This document shows, piece after piece, positions 9,706 through 17,343 of a stretch of 64,000 nucleotides of DNA. The stretch is taken from the NCBI GenBank assembly GCA_946543085.1, contig CAMNLM010000002.1, positions 20,780 to 84,779 on the forward strand. Reading direction: 5' to 3'. The translations under genes were made by a program, and so were the position numbers. Numbering within the stretch: the stretch's first letter is position 1; each line of letters opens with the position of its first letter. Below the pieces are notes generated by a model. The model worked only from the letters and a program-made list of their open reading frames with translations, was not told the DNA's origin and did not search any database. The stretch comes from an uncultured Clostridia bacterium. Its GTDB lineage: Bacteria > Bacillota > Clostridia > Christensenellales > Aristaeellaceae.

Positions 9706-10371
9706 ATGCGCTTTATTACTGAGCGCGAGCTGCGGGATCAGTTTGCGTCCGGGGCGCCGGATCAGTACCAGGTGCCCGCCGACTGCAGGCTGACCCCCGC
9801 CGCACGCCAGTATCTGATGGATTTGCGGCTTTACCGCCACGAGGCGTCGCCGCGACGCGCTTCTTCCCTGCCGGCGGGCAGCCGCAAGCCCGAGCACATG
9901 ACCAGCCTGAACGCCCGGGAGATGGTCTGCAAAGCCCATCCCCGCATTGTCCTGCGGGGCAAGCTGGACACCCTGGAGAGCGAGATTCTCGTGCTCGAAG
10001 CGGGCTGCGACCCCCAGTGGCGGGGGCAGCTCCGCGACGCCCTTCAGCTGGTGCGCGCCGTGCTGGCCGCCGAGGTGAAGGAGGCTCCTCTGCCCGCCTG
10101 GACCCTGGACGGCATGACAGCGGAGGAGGTGCACCGCTGCTCCCACCACCCGGAGGAGTTCGGCTTCCCCGGCCACATTCTGCCCGCGCCTGAGCACGGG
10201 CTGTTTGCCGCGCAGCTCAACCGTCTGCGGGCCCTGACCCGCGAAGCGGAGCTGGCCGCCGTGCAGGCCTTCTGGGACGGGCAGAAGGTCGCGCACGAGG
10301 ACTGCGTGCTGGCCCTCAACCGTCTCTCCAGCTACTTCTATGTCCTGCAGCTCCGCGCTGCCCACCGGTGA
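9706..10371 (+). CDS. eutT: Ethanolamine-utilisation ATP:cob(I)alamin adenosyltransferase (Firmicutes EutT / PduO-like helical-bundle type)
   Basis: KPEHMTSL ... HPRIVLRGKLDTLESEIL plus a helical C-terminal bundle resemble Firmicutes EutT as I recall it. The gene sits between eutM and pduL, as in Firmicutes eut loci. Residues 1-42 form a separate module. Confidence 0.7.
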   Translation: MRFITERELRDQFASGAPDQYQVPADCRLTPAARQYLMDLRLYRHEASPRRASSLPAGSRKPEHMTSLNAREMVCKAHPRIVLRGKLDTLESEILVLEAGCDPQWRGQLRDALQLVRAVLAAEVKEAPLPAWTLDGMTAEEVHRCSHHPEEFGFPGHILPAPEHGLFAAQLNRLRALTREAELAAVQAFWDGQKVAHEDCVLALNRLSSYFYVLQLRAAHR

Positions 10372-10384
10372 GGGAGGAAAGAGC

Positions 10385-11245
10385 ATGGATCAGATCGAAG
10401 CCATCGTCCGGGAGGTCGTCTCCCGGCTCGCCAGCGGACCCGCTTCCTGCCCGGACAGGCGCATCCCGGCGGAGATGTCGGCGCGGCACGTCCATCTGTC
10501 CAGAGAAGACCTCCGCGCGCTCTTCGGCCTGGATCAGCTGGAATGCGCCCGTGAAATCAGCCAGCCGGGGCAGTATCTGTCCACCTGCCGGGTGCGGCTC
10601 ATCGGGCCCAAGGGCATCCTGGACAACGTGGCCGTGCTGGGGCCGACCCGCGACGCCACACAGGTGGAGATCTCCGCCACGGACGCCCGGACACTGGGCA
10701 TCAGCGCGCCGGTGCGGCTCTCCGGGGATCTGAAGGACGCGGCGGATGTCGCCATCCAGGCGGGCGGCACGGTGATCACCCGCAAGGCGGCCATCGTGGC
10801 CAAGCGGCATCTCCACATGACCCCCGAGGACGCGGCGGCCTTCGGCGTACAGCACGGGCAAAGCGTCAGCGTGCGCGTGCTGGGCAGCCGTCCGCTGATC
10901 CTGGAGGACGTGCCCGTGCGGGTCTCCAGGCAGGCCGCCCTCGCCCTGCATATGGACACGGACGAGGCCAACGCCGCCGGCGCCGGCAAGGACTGCGCCT
11001 GCCAGATCGTCGGCGTCGGGTGCTCCGCTCCCGCTGTCCGCGAGGCGGGCAGTGCTCCCGCCCCCGCGCCCGTGCTCCAGCCCGAATGCCGGACGCTGCC
11101 CGGCAAGCTGATCACCGAGCAGAACGTCAAAAAGCTGTGCAGGGACGGAGCCCGCGGCCTGTGCCTTGCCAAGGGACAGATCATCACGCCCCTGGCCCGC
11201 GACACCGCGAAGAGCCTGGGCCTGAATTTGACTTACGGAGGCTGA
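10385..11245 (+). CDS. pduL: Phosphotransacylase PduL-type, with an N-terminal encapsulation peptide and a C-terminal extra module
   Basis: Two PduL repeat motifs are present (SARHVHLS ... and AKRHLHMTPEDA). The N-terminus is MDQIEAIVREVVSRL. A C-terminal 47-aa module (11102..11242) resembles the EutT N-terminus. Confidence 0.88.
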   Translation: MDQIEAIVREVVSRLASGPASCPDRRIPAEMSARHVHLSREDLRALFGLDQLECAREISQPGQYLSTCRVRLIGPKGILDNVAVLGPTRDATQVEISATDARTLGISAPVRLSGDLKDAADVAIQAGGTVITRKAAIVAKRHLHMTPEDAAAFGVQHGQSVSVRVLGSRPLILEDVPVRVSRQAALALHMDTDEANAAGAGKDCACQIVGVGCSAPAVREAGSAPAPAPVLQPECRTLPGKLITEQNVKKLCRDGARGLCLAKGQIITPLARDTAKSLGLNLTYGG

Positions 11246-11249
11246 GCAG

Positions 11250-11522
11250 ATGTTCATCGCAAAAGTGGTCGGCAACCTCTGGGCCACCCGCAAGGAAGAC
11301 ACCCTGGTGGGGCGCAAGCTCATGATCGTGGAGCCCGCCAAGCTGGACGGCACGCCCACGGGCGAAGCCCTGGTGGCCGTGGACACCATTGACGCCGGCA
11401 TCGGCGAGATGGTCATCGTGGCCCAGGGTTCCTCCGCCCGCAAGGCCGTTGGCCAGCAGGATTCCCCGGTGGACGCGGCCATTGTGGCCATCATCGACAT
11501 CCACGAGGTGCACGGCAAATGA
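11250..11522 (+). CDS. eutN: BMC-P pentameric vertex protein EutN/CcmL family
   Basis: 90 aa; MFIAKVVGNLWATRK ... DAAIVAIID is typical of the EutN/CcmL fold. Confidence 0.9.
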   Translation: MFIAKVVGNLWATRKEDTLVGRKLMIVEPAKLDGTPTGEALVAVDTIDAGIGEMVIVAQGSSARKAVGQQDSPVDAAIVAIIDIHEVHGK

Positions 11523-12835
11523 GCGAACTGGATTTACTGCGCCAGGGCGGCGTGGTCGGCGGCGGCGGCGCGGGCTTTCCCCTGTGGAAAAAGCTGGCCG
11601 CGCCCGCGGAAGTGCTGCTGATCAACGGCGCGGAATGCGAGCCGCTGCTCAAGAGCGACCAGTACCTGATGCGCCGTTATCCCGGTCAGCTGGCTGAGGC
11701 CGCTTCCCGTCTGGCCGCGATCGTTGGCGCCGCAGAGGCCGTGATCTGCCTGAAGGATCACTACGCGCCGCAGATCGCCGCCCTGCAGGCAGCCCTGAAG
11801 GAAAAGCCGCTGACGCCGCCCGTGCGGCTCCACCTGCTGCCCACGGTCTATCCCATCGGCGACGAGCAGGCGCTCGTGCACAGCGCCACCGGGCGCACGG
11901 TGCCGCCGGGCGCCCTGCCGGGCAGGGTGGGCTGCACGGTGGTCAGCGTCTCCACGGCGCTCAACGCCCTGCGCGCCCTGAACGGCAAGCCGGTCACCCG
12001 GCGGTTCGTCACGGTGGCCGGTGAGGTCCGGCGTCCGGGCGTCTATTGCGCGCCGATCGGCATGCCGGTCAGCCTCCTGCTGGAGCAGGCGGGTGGGCCG
12101 ACGGTTCCCCGCTGGCGGCTGGTGCTCGGCGGCCCCATGATGGGCCCGCTGGCCGCCGAAGGCGCGGAAAACGTCGTGACCAAGACGCTGGGCGGCGTGC
12201 TCGTGCTCCCGGCGGAGCACATGCTGGTGCGCCATGCCGAGCTGACCATAGAGCAGGCCCGCGTGCGGGCGCGCTCCACCTGCATCCAGTGCCGCACCTG
12301 CACCGACCTGTGCCCGCGCCATCTGCTGGGCCATCCCATCTATCCGCATCTGACCATGCGGGCCTTTGCCGCGGGCAGCCGTCTGGAGCCCTCTGCGATG
12401 CTCTGCATGGAGTGCGGCGTGTGCGAGCTCTACGCCTGCCCCATGGGGCTCAATCCCCGCCGGGTGCAGCAGATGCAGAAGGCGGAGCTGCGGGCCCGGG
12501 GCGAAAAGCCCGCCTTCGAGCTGAAGGAGCCGCCGGCCCTGGCGGAGATCCACCAGGCGCCCTCCGGCCGCGTCCTGGCGCGCATCGACGCGTCGCGCTA
12601 TGACATGCCCGTGCCGGAAGAGGCCGTGGACGCCGCCTCCCCCGTCGTCTGCATCCCGGTGAAGCAGCACATCGGTGCTCCGGCGGATCCCTGTGTGCAG
12701 GCCGGGAGCACGGTGCAGCGGGGCGACGTGATCGCCCGCATGGCGGACGGCGCTCTCGGCGCGGATATCCATGCGAGCATATGCGGCACGGTGGAGCGGG
12801 TGGAGAACGGCATGATCGTCATCCGCGCAAAATGA
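11519..12835 (+). CDS. pduS: PduS/RnfC-like NADH-dependent iron-sulfur flavoprotein
   Basis: The nucleotide-binding motif GGGGAGFP lies at residues 14-21. There are two ferredoxin motifs, CIQCRTCTDLCP and CMECGVCELYACP. The C-terminal part (12566..12832) looks like an RnfC_N barrel-sandwich domain (IPVKQHIGAPADPCV ... IHASICGTV). An ATGA overlap joins it to eutN. Confidence 0.8.
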   Translation: MSELDLLRQGGVVGGGGAGFPLWKKLAAPAEVLLINGAECEPLLKSDQYLMRRYPGQLAEAASRLAAIVGAAEAVICLKDHYAPQIAALQAALKEKPLTPPVRLHLLPTVYPIGDEQALVHSATGRTVPPGALPGRVGCTVVSVSTALNALRALNGKPVTRRFVTVAGEVRRPGVYCAPIGMPVSLLLEQAGGPTVPRWRLVLGGPMMGPLAAEGAENVVTKTLGGVLVLPAEHMLVRHAELTIEQARVRARSTCIQCRTCTDLCPRHLLGHPIYPHLTMRAFAAGSRLEPSAMLCMECGVCELYACPMGLNPRRVQQMQKAELRARGEKPAFELKEPPALAEIHQAPSGRVLARIDASRYDMPVPEEAVDAASPVVCIPVKQHIGAPADPCVQAGSTVQRGDVIARMADGALGADIHASICGTVERVENGMIVIRAK

Positions 12836-12861
12836 GCGCGTCCTTGAGGCGGGAGCGGTGA

Positions 12862-12930
12862 TTTTCCCCTCTTCTCCTCTCCTCCTCTTCCATGCCCGGC
12901 GGGGCATGGATGCTCCGCGCGGGAGCATCC
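12862..12930 (+). other. Structured intercistronic RNA element: a 30-nt polypyrimidine tract followed by two abutting GC-rich hairpins
   Basis: Pyrimidine-only run at 12862..12891. Hairpin 1 is CCATGCCC/GGGCATGG (12890..12909). Hairpin 2 is GGATGCTCC/GGAGCATCC (12908..12930). No U-tract follows. Confidence 0.5.
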
Positions 12931-13018
12931 GGAGCGCCGTCTGCCCGGCCGCCGCAAGCCGGATCGCGGACCGAAAGAGATTGATAGAGACAGAAAGGGA
13001 TCGAAAGGAAACACAGCC

Positions 13019-13564
13019 ATGATTTCATTGGGTCTGCTGGAAACCAACAGCATCGCCCGGGGCGTGATCGCGGGCGACGCCATGCTGAAAGCCGCGGAGG
13101 TGACGCTGCTCAAGGCGGGCGCGGTATGCCCCGGCAAATATACGGTGGTCATCTACGGCGAGGTGGCGGCGGTGGCAGCAGCCATGGACGCCGGCAAGCG
13201 CTACGCCGGCGAATACCTGGTGGACGATCTGACCATCGCCAGCCTGGACCCGCAGATGGTGCAGGCCATCGGCGGCGGCAACCCGCCGGGCGAGCTGAAC
13301 GCCATGGGTGTCATGGAATTCTACACCATCGCGGCGGCTGTGGTGGCCGGCGACCTGGCGGCCAAGGCGGCGGACGTGCGGCTGATGGAGGTGCGGCTGG
13401 GCCTGGGCATCGGCGGCAAGAGCTATGTGACGCTCAGCGGCGAGGTCGCCGCGGTGCAGGCCGCCATCGACGCGGGCACCGTGCCCGCCCGCAGGGACGG
13501 CACCCTGGTGTCCACCTGCGTCATTCCCTCACCCCGGCACGAGATCTTTGAGGCAATGCTTTGA
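13019..13564 (+). CDS. pduT: Tandem-domain BMC-T shell protein, PduT-like
   Basis: 181 aa with two BMC repeats (LGLLETNSIARGV ... and MGVMEFYTIAAAV ...). A single Cys at residue 37 (AVCPGKY) sits where PduT ligates its pore 4Fe-4S cluster. Confidence 0.8.
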   Translation: MISLGLLETNSIARGVIAGDAMLKAAEVTLLKAGAVCPGKYTVVIYGEVAAVAAAMDAGKRYAGEYLVDDLTIASLDPQMVQAIGGGNPPGELNAMGVMEFYTIAAAVVAGDLAAKAADVRLMEVRLGLGIGGKSYVTLSGEVAAVQAAIDAGTVPARRDGTLVSTCVIPSPRHEIFEAML

Positions 13565-13592
13565 CAGACAGGAGATACAGGAGGTTTTTCCC

Positions 13593-14333
13593 ATGAATCA
13601 GTACATTTTCGGCCATCGCGGCGCGTCGGGCTACGCGCCGGAGAACACCCTGGAGGCCTTCGAGCTGGCGGCGAAGATGGGCGCGCACGGCGTGGAGCTG
13701 GACGTGCACATCTGCAAGAGCGGCGAGCTGGTGGTGGCCCATGACGAGACCATCGACCGCGTGGCCAACGGCACCGGCTTCATCAAGGACATGACGCTGA
13801 GCGAGCTGAAGTCCCTCCGCTTCAACAAGACCCATCCGGAGTACGCGGACGCCCGCATCCCGACCCTGCAGGAGGTCTTCCAGCTGCTGAAGCCCTACGG
13901 CATCCGGATCAACACAGAGCTGAAGAACAGCTGCCTGGCCTATCCCAGCCTGGAGGAGAAGGTCATCGACCTGGCCGCCCGGGAAGGCATGCTGGACAGG
14001 ATTATCTTCTCCTCCTTCAGCCACCTGAGCATGATGCGGGTGAAGGCCCTCGACAAGCGCCTCTTCTGCGGACTGCTCTATGAGGCCACCCTGTACAGGC
14101 CCTGGGCCTATGCCGTGGCGCTGGGCATGGACGCCATTCATCCGTGCTATACCGAGGTGCTGCTGCCCGGCGGCGAATGCGCCGAGGCGCACAGGGCCGG
14201 CATCCAGGTGAATCCCTGGACCGTGAACAGCCGGGAGGATCTGGAGGCCGTGCTGAGGGAAGGCGCGGACATCGTGATCACCAATTATCCGGACGTCGCT
14301 CTGGAGTGCCTCCAGGCGCGCGCGGGCGCCTAA
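13593..14333 (+). CDS. glpQ: Glycerophosphodiester phosphodiesterase (cytoplasmic GlpQ/UgpQ type)
   Basis: The N-terminus IFGHRGASGYAPENTLEAF ... GVELDVH is the GDPD signature, and there is no signal peptide. The start is 28 nt after the pduT stop with no intervening terminator. Confidence 0.9.
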   Translation: MNQYIFGHRGASGYAPENTLEAFELAAKMGAHGVELDVHICKSGELVVAHDETIDRVANGTGFIKDMTLSELKSLRFNKTHPEYADARIPTLQEVFQLLKPYGIRINTELKNSCLAYPSLEEKVIDLAAREGMLDRIIFSSFSHLSMMRVKALDKRLFCGLLYEATLYRPWAYAVALGMDAIHPCYTEVLLPGGECAEAHRAGIQVNPWTVNSREDLEAVLREGADIVITNYPDVALECLQARAGA

Positions 14334-14345
14334 GCCGCGCACGGT

Positions 14346-14386
14346 TTCCGGGGATGGGGATGCCTGTCCCCGGAATTTGTGCTGTT
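14346..14386 (+). terminator. Rho-independent terminator closing the eut operon
   Basis: 9-bp stem TTCCGGGGA/TCCCCGGAA followed by TTTGTGCTGTTTG. Confidence 0.7.
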
Positions 14387-14443
14387 TGCGGTTCTTCGCC
14401 GCGCGTCCCCTTGCTTCCCTTCCCCACCCACCAGGAGGTTTAC

Positions 14444-16030
14444 ATGGCGGATCGTGCTTATCCGGCGGACGTCGTCATTCGCGGCGGCGCCCTGATCGAC
14501 GGCACCGGGCGCTCCCGTTACAAGGGAGACATCGCGGTGCGGGACGGAAAAATCATCGCGCTGGGCGACCTGGGCTCCCTCAGCGGGGAGCAGGAGTTCA
14601 GGGCGGATGGCCTTGCCGTCGCGCCGGGCTTCATCGACGCCCACGCCCATTCGGACACGGCCTTCACCCGCGACGACAGCGGGGCGTCCAAGCTGTATCA
14701 GGGCGTGACGACGGAGATCTCCGGCAACTGCGGGGACAGCCCCTTCCCCGCCGCGCCGGGCTGTGCCGACCCCTGGCAGCTTCCGTCCTTCTCCGGTTTT
14801 CTGGATGCCTTCGCGGAGCGCGGCTGCCGCATGGCGGTCAACCAGGCGCTCCTGGTGGGCCACGGCACCCTGCGCGAAGCCGTGGTCGGCAGCGGCAGCC
14901 GGGCCGCCTCGCCCGCCGAGCTGGAGGAGATGAAGCGCCTGCTGCGGCGGGATCTGGCGGATGGCGCGTGGGGGCTCTCGCTGGGCCTGGAATACGCGCC
15001 GGGCTGCTTTGCCGACCAGCGCGAGCTGAACGAGCTGGGCCGGGTGGCGGCGGAGACGGACGCCATCGTGACCTGCCACATGCGGAGCGAAGGCCTGCAG
15101 ATCGACAGCGCCCTGGAGGAGCTGGCGCAGGTCGGCCGCGCTTCCGGCGTTCACGTCCACGCCTCGCATCTGAAGCTGGACAATTTCCGGGTGCACGGCC
15201 GCGCCCAGGCCGTCTGGGCCGCGATCGAAAAAGCCCGCCGCGAGGGCGTCCGCTTCACGGCGGACATGTACCCCTACACGGCCTCCTCCACCACGCTGAG
15301 CATCCGCTGCCCCCGGTGGAGTATGGACGGCGGCCGCGAGGCGCTGCTGCGCCATCTGCAGGGCCCGCGGCGCGGGGAAATCATCGAAGCGATCCGCGGC
15401 CACTATTTCAGCGCCGAGCGGGCTGAAACCTGTCTCATCAGCGACGACGGCGGCCTCTGGCCGGAAATCGTGGGCAGGACGCTGCGCGATGTGGCGGAAG
15501 AGCTGCTGCACACCGCGGATTACGCGGAGGCCGCGGCCGAGGTGCTGCAGCGCACGCAGGCGAAGACATGGTGCGTGTTCTTCGTGATGAGCGAGGAGGA
15601 CATGCTGTACTTCCTGTCCCGGGACATCTGCATCGGCTCGGACGGCTATGCCCTGCCCGGCGACCCGGCCAGGCTGAGCTTCAGCCCGCATCCCCGCTCC
15701 TACGGCGCGATTGCCGAGTTCTTCCGCCTCGCCCGTGAAAAGAAGCTCTGCAGCCTGGAGGAGGCTGTCCGCCGGGTAACCGGCAAGCCCGCCGAAGTCT
15801 TCTCGCTCCCGGACCGGGGACGCCTCGCGGTCGGCATGGCGGCGGACATCACCGTCTTCGATCCCGCCGCGATCGCCCCGCGGGCGACCTATCTGCGCCC
15901 CGTGCAGCTGGCGCAGGGCGTGCGCCTCGTGCTGGTGAACGGCCAGGTGGCCCTGCGGGACGGCGTACAGACCGGGGCGCGCGCCGGGCAGCTCATGCGC
16001 CGGCATATCCGGGATCCCCTTGGCCAGTGA
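14444..16030 (+). CDS. N-acyl-D-amino-acid deacylase (D-aminoacylase) family amidohydrolase
   Basis: VIRGGALIDGTG ... DIAVRDGKI ... APGFIDAHAHSD and the later metal-ligand His blocks fit this family. The start was moved to ATG 14444 after the RBS AGGAGG. Confidence 0.85.
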   Translation: MADRAYPADVVIRGGALIDGTGRSRYKGDIAVRDGKIIALGDLGSLSGEQEFRADGLAVAPGFIDAHAHSDTAFTRDDSGASKLYQGVTTEISGNCGDSPFPAAPGCADPWQLPSFSGFLDAFAERGCRMAVNQALLVGHGTLREAVVGSGSRAASPAELEEMKRLLRRDLADGAWGLSLGLEYAPGCFADQRELNELGRVAAETDAIVTCHMRSEGLQIDSALEELAQVGRASGVHVHASHLKLDNFRVHGRAQAVWAAIEKARREGVRFTADMYPYTASSTTLSIRCPRWSMDGGREALLRHLQGPRRGEIIEAIRGHYFSAERAETCLISDDGGLWPEIVGRTLRDVAEELLHTADYAEAAAEVLQRTQAKTWCVFFVMSEEDMLYFLSRDICIGSDGYALPGDPARLSFSPHPRSYGAIAEFFRLAREKKLCSLEEAVRRVTGKPAEVFSLPDRGRLAVGMAADITVFDPAAIAPRATYLRPVQLAQGVRLVLVNGQVALRDGVQTGARAGQLMRRHIRDPLGQ

Positions 16031-16084
16031 ACGCCCCCCGCGGGCGGCTACGCAATAAAACCCACAGAAACGGAGCTGAAGAAC

Positions 16085-16396
16085 ATGATCAAAATCTACG
16101 GCATGCCCACCTGCCCCTACTGCGATTACGTGCACGAGCAGATTGCGGGACGCGAGGACGAGTTTCAGTACATCAACATCGGCGAGAACATCCGGAACAT
16201 GAGCGCCTTCACGCGTCTGCGGGACACGAGCCCGGTTTTCAACCGCTGCAAGGAGATTGGGGACGTCGGCATCCCGGCGTTCGTGTTTGAGGACGGCAGG
16301 ATCTCCATCGATCCGGCGGACGCAGGGCTGATTGAATACGGCTCGCCAAACGCATGCTCGGTGGAAGATCACAGGAGCGGCCGGAAGGGCTGCTGA
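16085..16396 (+). CDS. Glutaredoxin/NrdH-like thioredoxin-fold protein
   Basis: IKIYGMPTCPYC contains a CPYC redox motif on a small thioredoxin fold. Confidence 0.8.
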   Translation: MIKIYGMPTCPYCDYVHEQIAGREDEFQYINIGENIRNMSAFTRLRDTSPVFNRCKEIGDVGIPAFVFEDGRISIDPADAGLIEYGSPNACSVEDHRSGRKGC

Positions 16397-16468
16397 CGTT
16401 TTTTGGAAGACTGCGGGAATGCGCTCTGGACGCCGCGTTTCCGCAGCCGCTGGATTCAGGAGGAAACG

Positions 16469-16645
16469 ATGAGCCGCAACAGGAAAGAAACCCTATCGAA
16501 GACCGTGAAAACCGGCATCTCGTTCGGCAGCGCGCTGGCGATGGTCATCAGCTACGTCAACTGGCATTCGGTCGGCTGGGCCATCTTCCACGGTCTGCTG
16601 AGCTGGGTGTATGTCATCTATTACGTCCTCAAATACGGCTTGTGA
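16469..16645 (+). CDS. Small two-TM membrane protein (58 aa), function unknown
   Basis: ATG 16469 follows the RBS CAGGAGGA. Two hydrophobic helices are present (ISFGSALAMVISYV and GLLSWVYVIYYVL). Confidence 0.5.
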   Translation: MSRNRKETLSKTVKTGISFGSALAMVISYVNWHSVGWAIFHGLLSWVYVIYYVLKYGL

Positions 16646-16735
16646 GCCTTTTTCACCCTCCCCGCAAAGACCCGCCCCGTCCCGCGGCGGCGGGCCGCGC
16701 CGGGTCAAAGAGAACACGCAGGAGGCTTTTTCACC

Positions 16736-17299
16736 ATGGACTACAAGGGCATCCGAAAGATCCACGAGGGCAGATTCATCACCCGCTACGACGTGGACTA
16801 TGTGACCGCCGAGGGCCATCCCAAGACCTATGAGATGATCAGCCGGAACAGGGATATCCGGACGCTGGAGCAGCTGCAGAACCGCAAGCCGGACTCCGTC
16901 GTCATGATCCTGACGGACGAGAGCGGCGAGCGCATCCTGGTCAGCCGGGAATACCGGATGGCCATGGCGCAGTGGATCTACAATTTCCCGGCCGGGCTGA
17001 TCGACCCCGGCGAAACCCCGGAGGAGAGCGCGAGGCGGGAGCTCTGGGAGGAGACCGGCCTCCGGCTCATCCGCATCGACGACGTGCTGGACAACAGCTA
17101 CAGCGCCATCGGCTTCTCCAACGAGCGGAACGTCTGCGTCTTCGGCGCGGCGGCGGGCGAATTCCGCAAGAGCACCTCGGACGCCGAGGAAATCGCGCCC
17201 GGCTGGTACACGCGGGAAGAGATGCGCGCCCTGCTGCGCACGGAGGCCTTTGCGGCCCGGACGCAGGCGTACTGCTACGCCTGGGCGATGGGAAAATGA
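16736..17299 (+). CDS. NUDIX hydrolase (ADP-ribose pyrophosphatase-like)
   Basis: Nudix box GLIDPGETPEESARRELWEETGL. Confidence 0.88.
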   Translation: MDYKGIRKIHEGRFITRYDVDYVTAEGHPKTYEMISRNRDIRTLEQLQNRKPDSVVMILTDESGERILVSREYRMAMAQWIYNFPAGLIDPGETPEESARRELWEETGLRLIRIDDVLDNSYSAIGFSNERNVCVFGAAAGEFRKSTSDAEEIAPGWYTREEMRALLRTEAFAARTQAYCYAWAMGK

Positions 17300-17343
17300 A
17301 CCCGGGTCACCTCACCCGCCTGACGGAAGAAGGGAAAGAAACG

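Noticed and set aside
12890-12930. Twin hairpins in the pduS-pduT spacer, considered as an intrinsic terminator or an ANTAR target.
   Set aside because: No U-tract follows them. The loops are 4 and 5 nt (GGCG, GCGCG) rather than ANTAR-type hexaloops. They are kept only as an unexplained structured element.
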